Source: Rhizobium sp. (GTDB lineage: Bacteria; Pseudomonadota; Alphaproteobacteria; Rhizobiales; Rhizobiaceae). From it: a stretch of DNA of 53,788 nucleotides. The notes beneath the pieces were generated by a model, which worked only from the letters and a program-made list of their open reading frames with translations, searched no databases and was not told the DNA's origin. Made by a program: the position numbers and the translations under genes. Of this stretch, positions 40,414-48,901 are shown one piece after another (the stretch's first letter is position 1; every line of letters begins with the position of its first letter). The DNA lies in contig DAIMJJ010000001.1 in the NCBI GenBank assembly GCA_036722275.1, positions 1-53,788 of the forward strand, written 5' to 3'.

Positions 40414-41870
40414 ACCCGGTCGATCTGATCATCAGCGGCGGCACGATCGTCTCGATGGACGCCGGCCGTCGCATCATCGACCATGGGGCCGTGGCGGTCG
40501 CGTCGGACCGCATCGTCGCGGTCGCCACCTCGGAAGAGATCGCCCGGCATTTCAGCGCCGGGCGCGTGATCGACGCCTCAGGCAAGGTGGTGATGCCCGG
40601 CATGATCGACGTGCATGCCCATGCCGGCCATGGCCTGATCAAGACCATGGGCATGGAACAAGACGATCACTGGGAGACGATCTGCAACGCCGCCTACACG
40701 GTCGGCTCGACGCCAGAGTTCTGGTACGCCGAGGCCAAGCTCGCCGCCCTCGAACGGCTGCGCTTCGGCGTCACGACAGGCATCTCGCTGCTCGGCGGGG
40801 GCGATACGATCATGCGCACCGACGACGTCGCCTATGGAAATGCCCATTGCGAAGGTGTCTCTTCGGTGGGAACGCGATCCGTCGTGGCGGTGGGTCCGAC
40901 GCGGCCGCCGCATCCGCGCACCTATGCCAACTGGGAGAGTGGCGAACGCGTCGATCGTCCCGTCAGCTTCGAGGAACAGTTCGCCGTCAGTCGAAGACTG
41001 CTGGAGGCTTGGCACGGGCGTGGGCGCATCCGCATCGCGCTTCTCACCCCCGTGCTGCGCAACGAGCATGCCGAGCGCATGTCGGCGAATGATTACCGCA
41101 TGGCCGTCGCACAGACCCGCACGGTGCGCGATCTCTCGCGCGAGGCCGGCGTCGTCTTCACCCAGGACGGTCACTGGAAGGGCTCGATCCTTCGCGCCTG
41201 TGAACTGGGCATTCTCGGACCGGACGCGCTGCTGTCCCACGCCATCGACATCACGGACGAGGAGATCCGCATTGTCGCCGATACCGGCACCCGGATCGCG
41301 CATAATCCGAGCGCGATCGCCTCGATCCTCGGCCGCTGCCCCGCCATCGAACTGATCGAGGCCGGTGCGGTCGTCGCGATCGGCTCCGACGCCACCGCCC
41401 CGGACCGCTCGTCCGACATGTTCCGTCACATGCAGCAATGCATGCACTACCACCGCAGGCATTTCCGCGACCCCTCCGTGCTGCCGCCCGGCAAGGCGCT
41501 GGAAATGGTGACGATCGACGCGGCGCGGGCGCTTGGGCTCGAAGCGGACATCGGTTCGCTCGAGGCAGGCAAGAAGGCCGACATCGTCATTGTCGACATG
41601 GCGCGCCCGCATCTGGCGCCCTTCCAGATGCCGGCCTTCCGCCTCGCCTACTTCGCCAATGGCAATGACGTCGACACGGTGGTGATCGACGGTGAGGTGC
41701 TGCTCGAGGCCGGCCGTCCCCTACATGCGGACACCGATGCAATCCTCACCGAGGCCAATCGCGAAGCGCAGGCGCTCGTCGAGCGCATGGGGCTTCAGAC
41801 CATGATCGGCCAGCCCGAGGGCTTCTTCGGCCGGGCCCGCTATCCCAAACATCAGGAACAGATGCCATGA
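40410..41870 (+). CDS. Amidohydrolase (AtzA/TrzA/MTA-SAH deaminase-like fold)
   Basis: MPGMIDVHAH, FGVTT, SHA, HNP, GSD, GSLEAGKKAD. Confidence 0.85.
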   Translation: MNPVDLIISGGTIVSMDAGRRIIDHGAVAVASDRIVAVATSEEIARHFSAGRVIDASGKVVMPGMIDVHAHAGHGLIKTMGMEQDDHWETICNAAYTVGSTPEFWYAEAKLAALERLRFGVTTGISLLGGGDTIMRTDDVAYGNAHCEGVSSVGTRSVVAVGPTRPPHPRTYANWESGERVDRPVSFEEQFAVSRRLLEAWHGRGRIRIALLTPVLRNEHAERMSANDYRMAVAQTRTVRDLSREAGVVFTQDGHWKGSILRACELGILGPDALLSHAIDITDEEIRIVADTGTRIAHNPSAIASILGRCPAIELIEAGAVVAIGSDATAPDRSSDMFRHMQQCMHYHRRHFRDPSVLPPGKALEMVTIDAARALGLEADIGSLEAGKKADIVIVDMARPHLAPFQMPAFRLAYFANGNDVDTVVIDGEVLLEAGRPLHADTDAILTEANREAQALVERMGLQTMIGQPEGFFGRARYPKHQEQMP

Positions 41871-42796
41871 CACGACTGAACGAAGACGCCCGTGGCGTCT
41901 ATGTGATCGCCCTCACGCCCTTCGACGACACGGGCGCACTCGATCTCGACAGCACCGACCGCATGGTCGATTTCTATCTCGAACGCGGCGCGACCGGCCT
42001 CACCGTGCTCGGCATGATGGGAGAGGCGCAAAAGCTGACGATCGAGGAATCGCAGACCTATGTGCGCCGGATCCTGAAACGGGTCGATGGTCGTGTGCCG
42101 GTTGTCGCGGGCGTGTCGGCGGCGGGCTTTGCCCAGATGCAGGCCTTGACGACCATGGTCATGGACGACGGCGCAGCCGGTGTGATGATCGCTCCACCGT
42201 CCAGCCTGCGCAACGACCAGCAGATCATTACCTACTACCGCCAGGCCGCGGAGTTCATCGGCGACACGCCCTTCGTGCTGCAGGACTTCCCGCTGGTGAC
42301 GAGTGTGACCATCCCCGTCTCCGTCATACAGACGATCATCGACCAGATCCCGACCTGCGTCTGCCTCAAGCATGAAGACTGGCCGGGACTGGCAAAGATC
42401 ACCGCCCTGCGCGCGCTCTCCGCAGCCGGCAAGACGCGACGCATCTCCGTCCTGTGCGGCAATGGCGGCCTTTTCCTGCCGGAAGAAATGGCCCGCGGCG
42501 CCGATGGCGCCATGACCGGCTTTGCCTATCCCGAGATGATGCGGGATGTGGTGCATCACCACCATGCCAGCGAACCCCAGCGGGCGCAGGACCTGTTCGA
42601 CGCCTACCTGCCGCTGGCCCGCTACGAGCAGCAGCCCGGCCTTGGCCTCGCGATCCGCAAATACGTGATGGCAAAGCGCGGCGCCATTGCCAGCGCGGCG
42701 CTGAGAAAACCGGGCGGAGCCCTGTCGCGCGACGACATCGCCGAAATCGAACGGCTGATTGCACGCCAAGAGGCGAGACTGAAGGAACTGAACTGA
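41867..42796 (+). CDS. DHDPS/NAL-family aldolase or dehydratase
   Basis: TPF, GMMGE, Schiff-base Lys in CLKHED, GADGAMTG. Confidence 0.85.
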   Translation: MTRLNEDARGVYVIALTPFDDTGALDLDSTDRMVDFYLERGATGLTVLGMMGEAQKLTIEESQTYVRRILKRVDGRVPVVAGVSAAGFAQMQALTTMVMDDGAAGVMIAPPSSLRNDQQIITYYRQAAEFIGDTPFVLQDFPLVTSVTIPVSVIQTIIDQIPTCVCLKHEDWPGLAKITALRALSAAGKTRRISVLCGNGGLFLPEEMARGADGAMTGFAYPEMMRDVVHHHHASEPQRAQDLFDAYLPLARYEQQPGLGLAIRKYVMAKRGAIASAALRKPGGALSRDDIAEIERLIARQEARLKELN

Positions 42797-43578
42797 TGGA
42801 ACTTGGACTGAACAACAGGAAGGCGCTGGTCCTTGGCGCAAGCCGCGGCCTCGGCGCCGCCATTGCCCGCGCTCTCGCCGCGGAAGGCGTGCATGTGTAT
42901 GCCGCGGCCCGCAACACCGCAGCCATTCAGGAATGGGCAGGCGCCCTTCCCGCAGGCTTCGGGATGGTGGAACCGATTGCGCTTGATCTGACGGATGTCG
43001 CAAGCGTTGACGCTGCCGCCGCACGCCTCGCTGCCTCGGGCGGCGTCGATATCCTGATCAACAACACCGGGGGACCGCCACCGGCGGCTGCGGTCGATGC
43101 ACGACGCAGCGACTGGATCGGTCAATTCGAGGCGATGGCGGCCAATGTCTTCCACCTGACCAATACGCTGCTTCCGGCCATGCGTGAGCGTCGCTGGGGC
43201 CGAGTGCTGACAATCGCCTCGTCCGGGGTAGAGCAGCCCATTCCCCGTCTGGCGCTGTCGAACGGCATCCGTTCGGCCCTGATCGGCTGGTCCAAGACGC
43301 TCGCCTCGGAAGTGGCCGCTGATGGCGTAACCGTCAACGTGCTTTTGCCGGGACGTATCCATACGCAAAGGGTCGATGAGCTTGACGCCGCCGCCGCCGG
43401 CCGCACGGGTCGAAACGTCGCCGACATTGCCGCCGAATCCGCCGCCAGCATCCCTGCCGGTCGCTACGGCCGCCCCGAAGAGTTTGCCGCCGTTGCCGTC
43501 TTCCTCGCCTCCGACGCAGCTTCCTACGTCACCGGCACCAAGGTCCGCATCGATGGCGGCGCCATCCGCTCGATCTGA
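42796..43578 (+). CDS. SDR oxidoreductase
   Basis: GASRGLG, NNTGGP, RWGR, SNGIR in place of YxxxK, IDGG. Confidence 0.88.
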   Translation: MELGLNNRKALVLGASRGLGAAIARALAAEGVHVYAAARNTAAIQEWAGALPAGFGMVEPIALDLTDVASVDAAAARLAASGGVDILINNTGGPPPAAAVDARRSDWIGQFEAMAANVFHLTNTLLPAMRERRWGRVLTIASSGVEQPIPRLALSNGIRSALIGWSKTLASEVAADGVTVNVLLPGRIHTQRVDELDAAAAGRTGRNVADIAAESAASIPAGRYGRPEEFAAVAVFLASDAASYVTGTKVRIDGGAIRSI

Positions 43579-43690
43579 CCGCGACCGCAAGTCGGACACG
43601 ACGGTAAAACCCGGCGCAGGCGTCGAGGGCCGCTGATGGTTCGCGCGGGACCGGGGCTGATCTCCCCGAGGGCCGGTTGCCGTAAAACGG

Positions 43691-43725
43691 AAAAGGCCCC
43701 GTCTTCGATTGCGAAGACGGGGCCT
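43691..43725 (-). terminator. Intrinsic terminator of minCDE
   Basis: 14-bp stem AGGCCCCGTCTTCG-ATTG-CGAAGACGGGGCCT with a minus-strand U-tract. Confidence 0.75.
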
Positions 43726-43736
43726 GCCTTGTTCGA

Positions 43737-43997
43737 TCAGGCGGCCAGTTGAACGCCGTCCAGCGGGATCTCGACCTCGATCTCGAGGATCGAGACATGT
43801 TTGTCGCGCTCCATGGTGACATGAACCTTGTCGCCGTCGACCTGAACATGGCGGGCGATCACCGCGAGGATTTCCTCGCGCAGCACCGCGACGAGGTCTG
43901 ATCCTGACGAGGCGCGTTCATGGGCGAGCAGCACCTGCAGACGCTCGCGCGCAGTCGGTGCCGACTTCTATTTGCGGAACAGGCTGAAGATGCTCAT
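43737..43997 (-). pseudogene. minE: MinE with an in-frame TAG at codon 10
   Basis: From the ATG at 43997 it reads [27 protein letters not shown]...ILEIEVEIP; the stop is at 43968-43970. Confidence 0.85.
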
Positions 43998-44815
43998 GCT
44001 GCCCTCCGCGCGAAAATCTTGCCGAAGAGCCCCCGCTTCTCGCCGGGAATTTCGATCGGCAGGTCCTCGCCGCACAGCCGGCGCGCAGCGTCGAAATAGG
44101 CGAGCGCCGGAGCGCAACGCGCATCCGCCAGCGTGACCGGAGCACCGATATTGGAAGCCCGCAGCACGTCCGTGCTTTCCGGAATGATGCCGAGCAGCGG
44201 GATCGACAGGATCTCGAGCACGTCATCGACCTTCAGCATGTCGCCGCGCTGGGCGCGGGCGGCGTCGTAGCGGGTCAAGAGCAGGTGCTTTTCCATGCGC
44301 TCGCCGCGCTCGGCCTTCACGGTCTTGGCGTCGAGCAGGCCGATGATGCGATCGGAATCGCGCACCGACGAGACTTCCGGATTGGTGACGACCACGGCGA
44401 CGTCGGCATGGCGCATCGCCAGCGTCGCGCCGCGCTCGATGCCGGCGGGGCTGTCGCAGATGACCCAGTCAAAATAGCGGCGCAGGTCGTTGATGACCTG
44501 TTCGACACCCTCCGGCGTCAGATTGTCCTTGTCGCGCGTCTGCGAGGCCGGCAGAAGGAAGAGCGTGTCGAGGCGCTTGTCGCGGATCAGTGCCTGCTGA
44601 AGCTTGGCATCCCCCTGGATGACGTTGACGAGGTCGTAGACGACCCGGCGTTCGGCCCCCATCACCAGATCGAGATTACGCAGACCGACGTCGAAGTCCA
44701 CGACGACGACCTTCTCGTTGCGCTGTGCCAGCGCTGCACCGAGGGCGGCACTCGAGGTTGTCTTGCCAACCCCGCCCTTGCCCGACGTGACGACGACTAC
44801 CTTCCCCATCTTCAT
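43994..44815 (-). CDS. minD: Septum site-determining ATPase MinD
   Basis: TSGKGGVGKTT, DVGLRNLD, DSPAGIE, C-terminal amphipathic GLFGKIF. Start is 44815 or 44809. Confidence 0.96.
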   Translation of the reverse strand: MKMGKVVVVTSGKGGVGKTTSSAALGAALAQRNEKVVVVDFDVGLRNLDLVMGAERRVVYDLVNVIQGDAKLQQALIRDKRLDTLFLLPASQTRDKDNLTPEGVEQVINDLRRYFDWVICDSPAGIERGATLAMRHADVAVVVTNPEVSSVRDSDRIIGLLDAKTVKAERGERMEKHLLLTRYDAARAQRGDMLKVDDVLEILSIPLLGIIPESTDVLRASNIGAPVTLADARCAPALAYFDAARRLCGEDLPIEIPGEKRGLFGKIFARRAA

Positions 44816-44837
44816 CTCCTGTTCCTGGCCCTCGGGC

Positions 44838-45572
44838 TCAATTGAGTTTGTCTGCCTTCAGCGTCTCGTCGTCGAGCCACCATTGTACGGCTTGTCCGCG
44901 AAGCTCGGGCGCCATGTCCTCGGCCATCTTGTAGATCCCGTCGATGGCGACGAGTTCGGCCTCCAGCTTGCGGCAGAAAATGCGCGCGGATGCATTGCCG
45001 AGCGAGCCGGCCATGGCGCGCCCGCGCAGGGCGCCATAGATGTGAATGGAACCGCCGGCGATCACTTCGGCGCCCGACGCGACCGAGCCGATCACGGTGA
45101 CATCGCCCTCGGCGAACGTGATCGACTGTCCCGATCGCACGGGCTCGCGGATGATGAGCGACTGCAGCGCCTGACGCGTGACGGCCGGCTCCTCCGACTT
45201 CTGCGGTTCGACGGGCGGTGCCTCGACGGGCGCGCTGGTCTCGACGGTAAAGTCCGGCGCCGGGCGGCCACCCTTCAGCGCCGGCGGCATGCCCGGCTCG
45301 ATCAGCGACGGCCGGCCGCCTTCGATCCCCATCACGCTGACATTGCGCGTGCGCAGTTCGGCCAGAAGGTCCTTCAGCTGGGCGCGGTCGATCGCAAGGT
45401 CCGTCACGTCGAGAACGACGGGACGGCCGAGAAAGAACCCCGCCGAACGCGCGGCGAGATCGTCGAGCCTGGCCAGCCACTCGTCGAGCGGCAGATCGGG
45501 CGACAGCACGACCGCCATAAAGGAGCGGCCCTTGATACGGATCGAACGGGCGTCTGTTAGCACTTTGGTCAT
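44838..45572 (-). CDS. minC: Septum site-determining protein MinC
   Basis: PVRSGQ, GAEVIAGGSIHIYGALRGRAMAG, EAELVAIDG. Confidence 0.95.
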   Translation of the reverse strand: MTKVLTDARSIRIKGRSFMAVVLSPDLPLDEWLARLDDLAARSAGFFLGRPVVLDVTDLAIDRAQLKDLLAELRTRNVSVMGIEGGRPSLIEPGMPPALKGGRPAPDFTVETSAPVEAPPVEPQKSEEPAVTRQALQSLIIREPVRSGQSITFAEGDVTVIGSVASGAEVIAGGSIHIYGALRGRAMAGSLGNASARIFCRKLEAELVAIDGIYKMAEDMAPELRGQAVQWWLDDETLKADKLN

Positions 45573-45577
45573 CTGGG

Positions 45578-45628
45578 TTAATGATTGGTTAGTCTTGGTA
45601 GCCCGGACATGGTTAACAAATGGTTAAC
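45578..45628. promoter_or_regulatory. CtrA binding sites upstream of minC
   Basis: Perfect TTAA-N7-TTAAC at 45613-45628, also perfect on the minus strand with two TTAACCAT; near-match TTAA-N7-TTAG at 45578-45592. Confidence 0.8.
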
Positions 45629-45970
45629 GCGCGGGTGAAAAAGGCCCGCAAACGATGTCTCCGCTCGCCGCATAAATCCGAATTTACCATGCAACGCCAA
45701 CAACTTAGGAAAGTTAACGGCCGGCTGTCCGCCGAGGCGTAGCCAAGACCGAGGAAAGAGCCCGCAAGGTGACCCGCACGCCTCAGATCGCCACCGCCAG
45801 CGGTCCGTTTTGGCCGGAATACGCTTGAAAAACACGGCGTCCCACGAGGCTTACCCGTGTGCGGCGTGCACGCGCCCGGAGATGGTAACCGGCGAAAAGA
45901 ATGGCATCGCCATCGAATCAGCCCCCGGTCCGGTTGCGATTCGGGCCGGGTCCCAGAAACGCGCGCCCCA

Positions 45971-46004
45971 ATAAAGAAGGGGCACCGGCGCTGACCGGTG
46001 CCCC
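45971..46004 (-). terminator. Intrinsic terminator after the aldehyde dehydrogenase
   Basis: GGGGCACCGG-N6-CCGGTGCCCC followed on the minus strand by TTCTTTATT. Confidence 0.65.
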
Positions 46005-46090
46005 CAGTGGACTCTCACCTCTGGCGGATCGATGACCCGCCTGCCGCAGCAAACGCTCCAGGCGCCAAACCGCGGGAGGACGGCAAGGTT

Positions 46091-47566
46091 CTACTTGATG
46101 TACCAGCCCCAGGGCTCGTCGCTGTTGAAGGCGGTGATCTGCTTCACCTCGAGATAATTGGAAAGACCCCACTTACCCAGTTCACGGCCGATACCCGATT
46201 GCTTGTATCCGCCCCAGGGCGCCTCGGTGAAGGTCGGCTGCGAGCAGTTGATCCAGACGATACCGGCGCGGAAGGCCTTTGCCACGCGTTCGCAACGCGC
46301 CCTGTCCCTCGACATGACCGCGGCGGCGAGCCCGAACTTGCTGTCATTGGCTATCCGGATGGCATCGGCCTCGTCCTTGAACGGCTTGACGCAGACGACC
46401 GGTCCGAAGATTTCCTCGCGCCAGACGAAATTGTCCTCGCCCATGTCGGTGAGGATGGTAGGTTCGAGGAAATAGCCGGTATCGAGGCCGGCCGGACGCT
46501 TGCCACCATGGGCAATCGTCGCGCCCTCGGCGCGACCGCGCTCGATCATGGAGAGCACCTTGTCATACTGTCCCTTGGAGACCAGCGGCCCAAGCAGGGT
46601 GCCCTCTTCCAGTCCATCACCGATGCGGATCTTGGCCGCCTCGGCGACAAGCCGCTCCATCAGCGCCGGATAGAGGCTTTCCTCGACGAGCACGCGCGAA
46701 GTTGCGGAGCACACCTGGCCCTGGTTCCAGAAGATGCCGAACATGATCCATTCGACCGCCTTTTCGATGTCGCTGTCGGCAAACACGACGAAGGGCGACT
46801 TGCCGCCGAGCTCCAGGCTGACATTCTTGATGTCGCGGGCAGCGGCCGCCATGATCTTGGCGCCCGTCGGCACCGAGCCGGTGAAGGCGAGCTTGTCGAC
46901 GCCCGGGTGTTCCGACAGCGGCTGGCCGGCATCGGCCCCAAGGCCGGTGACCACATTGAGGACACCCGCCGGCAGACCGACCTCTTCGGCGATGGCGGCA
47001 AGCTCCAGCGCGGTCAGCGGCGTCAGCTCAGAAGGCTTCAGCACCATGGTGCATCCCGCCGCCAGCGCCGGCGCGACCTTCCACGAGGCCATCAGCAGGG
47101 GATAGTTCCACGGAATGATGGCGCCGGCGACACCGATCGGCTCGCGCACCACCTTGGAGGAAAATCGCGGCTCGGCTAGCGCGATCGGCTCTTCCGGGTT
47201 CGCATCCAGCTCTTCCGCCAGATTGGCATAGAAGGAGAAACAGCCGGCCGTGTCCTCCATGTCCCAGACGGCTTCCGGCAGCGGCTTGCCGTTGTCGATC
47301 ACCTCCAGACGACCAAGCTCCTGCTTGCGCTCGAGGATCTTGTCGGCGATGGCGCGCAGGTAGACGGCACGCTCGCGCCCGCTCATCCTCGGCCAAGGGC
47401 CGGTATCGAAGGCCCTGCGCGCCGCTTTCACGGCAAGATCGATATCCTCGGCGGTGCCGGCCGGCGCATGGTGAATAACGGCCTCGGTCGCCGGATTAAC
47501 GACCGCAAACGAGCCGCCCCTGGCGGGCGCCAGCCACTGACCGTCGATGAAAAGCTTCTGCTGCAT
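46091..47566 (-). CDS. Aldehyde dehydrogenase, betaine-/amino-aldehyde (ALDH10-like)
   Basis: PWNYP, FTGS, ELGGKSP, FWNQGQVCSATSR, EEIFGP, C-terminal EPWGWY. Confidence 0.88.
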   Translation of the reverse strand: MQQKLFIDGQWLAPARGGSFAVVNPATEAVIHHAPAGTAEDIDLAVKAARRAFDTGPWPRMSGRERAVYLRAIADKILERKQELGRLEVIDNGKPLPEAVWDMEDTAGCFSFYANLAEELDANPEEPIALAEPRFSSKVVREPIGVAGAIIPWNYPLLMASWKVAPALAAGCTMVLKPSELTPLTALELAAIAEEVGLPAGVLNVVTGLGADAGQPLSEHPGVDKLAFTGSVPTGAKIMAAAARDIKNVSLELGGKSPFVVFADSDIEKAVEWIMFGIFWNQGQVCSATSRVLVEESLYPALMERLVAEAAKIRIGDGLEEGTLLGPLVSKGQYDKVLSMIERGRAEGATIAHGGKRPAGLDTGYFLEPTILTDMGEDNFVWREEIFGPVVCVKPFKDEADAIRIANDSKFGLAAAVMSRDRARCERVAKAFRAGIVWINCSQPTFTEAPWGGYKQSGIGRELGKWGLSNYLEVKQITAFNSDEPWGWYIK

Positions 47567-47614
47567 GTTTTCCCCTTTTGGCTTTTTTTCTTGAAAGAAG
47601 AGGTGGCGCGTGAC

Positions 47615-48883
47615 CTAGCCGGTGACCCGAAGGATCGCCTCCGCCGCGCGGGTCGCACCGCCGAAGGCCTGCATCCGGACGGCATTGTCCTTGAGGCGCG
47701 CCTGCATGGCGCGGTCGGCCATCAGCCCTTCGATCACCTCCGCGAGGCGCTCGGGCGACCAGTCATAACGCGACAGCATGCGGCCCACCCCGGTCTCCTC
47801 GGCCCGGCGGGCATTGTCGTGACCGTCCCAGCAATAGGGCATCACCAGCGAGGGCACGCCGTAATAGAGCGCCTCGCAGAAACTGTTATTGCCGCCATGA
47901 TGGATGAACAGGCTCGACTGCTCGACGACCGAGGGCTGCGGAAACCAGCTGTCGATGAAGACATTGTCCGGCACCTGCACATATTCGTCGCGCCAGTGCC
48001 CGGCATTGACGAGGAAGCGGTAGGGCAGGCCGGCAAAGACGTCGATCATCCGCCGCATCATGTCGACATCCATGGCCCCGAGCGAGCCGAAGCTGGTCAG
48101 AACCAGCGGGGCATCGTTGTGGCTGGCGAACCGCGGCGGCTGATAGGGCGTCTCGCGGCGAACGCAGCCGTCGAGGAAGACGAAGCGCTCGGGGTCGAGC
48201 GGCGCGGCGCGGCGGAGACGGATGATCTCCGGCGCCAGCAGCAGATTGAGATCCGGAGAGGCATCGAGGAAGAGCGGCGCGGCCGGCGGCTTCAATCCGC
48301 ACTCGCTCATGAAGGCGGAGAGCCGCCGGTGGGCTGCGGCCGTCACCTTGTCATAGTCGGCGGAAAAACGCTTCCAGTCGCCGTCCGGCATCCCCCCGAG
48401 CCCCGAGAGATAGGGCGGCACCAGCGGATCGGGGATCTCGGTTTCGGCACAGGAGACCACCCGGATCCAGGGCACACCGGCCGTCGCGATCGCCGGAAAC
48501 ATGACGACGTTGTCGAGCACGATCGCGTCCGGCTTCAGCCGGGCAATCAGCTGGCGCAGCGGCTCCTCCACCCCGATCGCCGTCTCGACGATGGCGTCCC
48601 AGGTCGGGCCGACATAGGAGCTGAGCTGTTCGAACGGCGGCTGACGGAAGGCATGCTGGTGGCGGCTGATGAAGTCGTTCCAGTCGGTCGTCTGTGCCGG
48701 CCCGCTCTCGCCCAGCTGGTATTCGGCAAAGCCGTATTCGGAAAAGACACCGCTGAAACCGGGGTGACAGATGAAGACCGGCCGGGCGCCGAGCCGGCGC
48801 AGTTCCTGTGCGATGCCCACACAATTGAGGGCTGCGCCGTAGCTGGCTTCGGGAAACAGGGCGATCGTCTTCTGTGCTGTCAT
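47615..48883 (-). CDS. GT1 (UDP-sugar, MGT-like) glycosyltransferase
   Basis: SFGS and the UDP-binding signature WFPQ...FIHHGGNNSFCEALYYGVP...WDGHDNA. Confidence 0.85.
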   Translation of the reverse strand: MTAQKTIALFPEASYGAALNCVGIAQELRRLGARPVFICHPGFSGVFSEYGFAEYQLGESGPAQTTDWNDFISRHQHAFRQPPFEQLSSYVGPTWDAIVETAIGVEEPLRQLIARLKPDAIVLDNVVMFPAIATAGVPWIRVVSCAETEIPDPLVPPYLSGLGGMPDGDWKRFSADYDKVTAAAHRRLSAFMSECGLKPPAAPLFLDASPDLNLLLAPEIIRLRRAAPLDPERFVFLDGCVRRETPYQPPRFASHNDAPLVLTSFGSLGAMDVDMMRRMIDVFAGLPYRFLVNAGHWRDEYVQVPDNVFIDSWFPQPSVVEQSSLFIHHGGNNSFCEALYYGVPSLVMPYCWDGHDNARRAEETGVGRMLSRYDWSPERLAEVIEGLMADRAMQARLKDNAVRMQAFGGATRAAEAILRVTG

Positions 48884-48901
48884 GGATCTGTTTTCGCTGG
48901 C

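Noticed and set aside
41867..42796. Calling this gene dapA
   Set aside because: It has GMMGE rather than GTTGE and sits in a catabolic context.
45578..45835. Small ORFs in the minC-ALDH intergenic region
   Set aside because: No motifs, and they overlap CtrA sites or the terminator.
46091..47566. Calling this gene betB
   Set aside because: No bet genes are adjacent and substrate specificity cannot be read from sequence.
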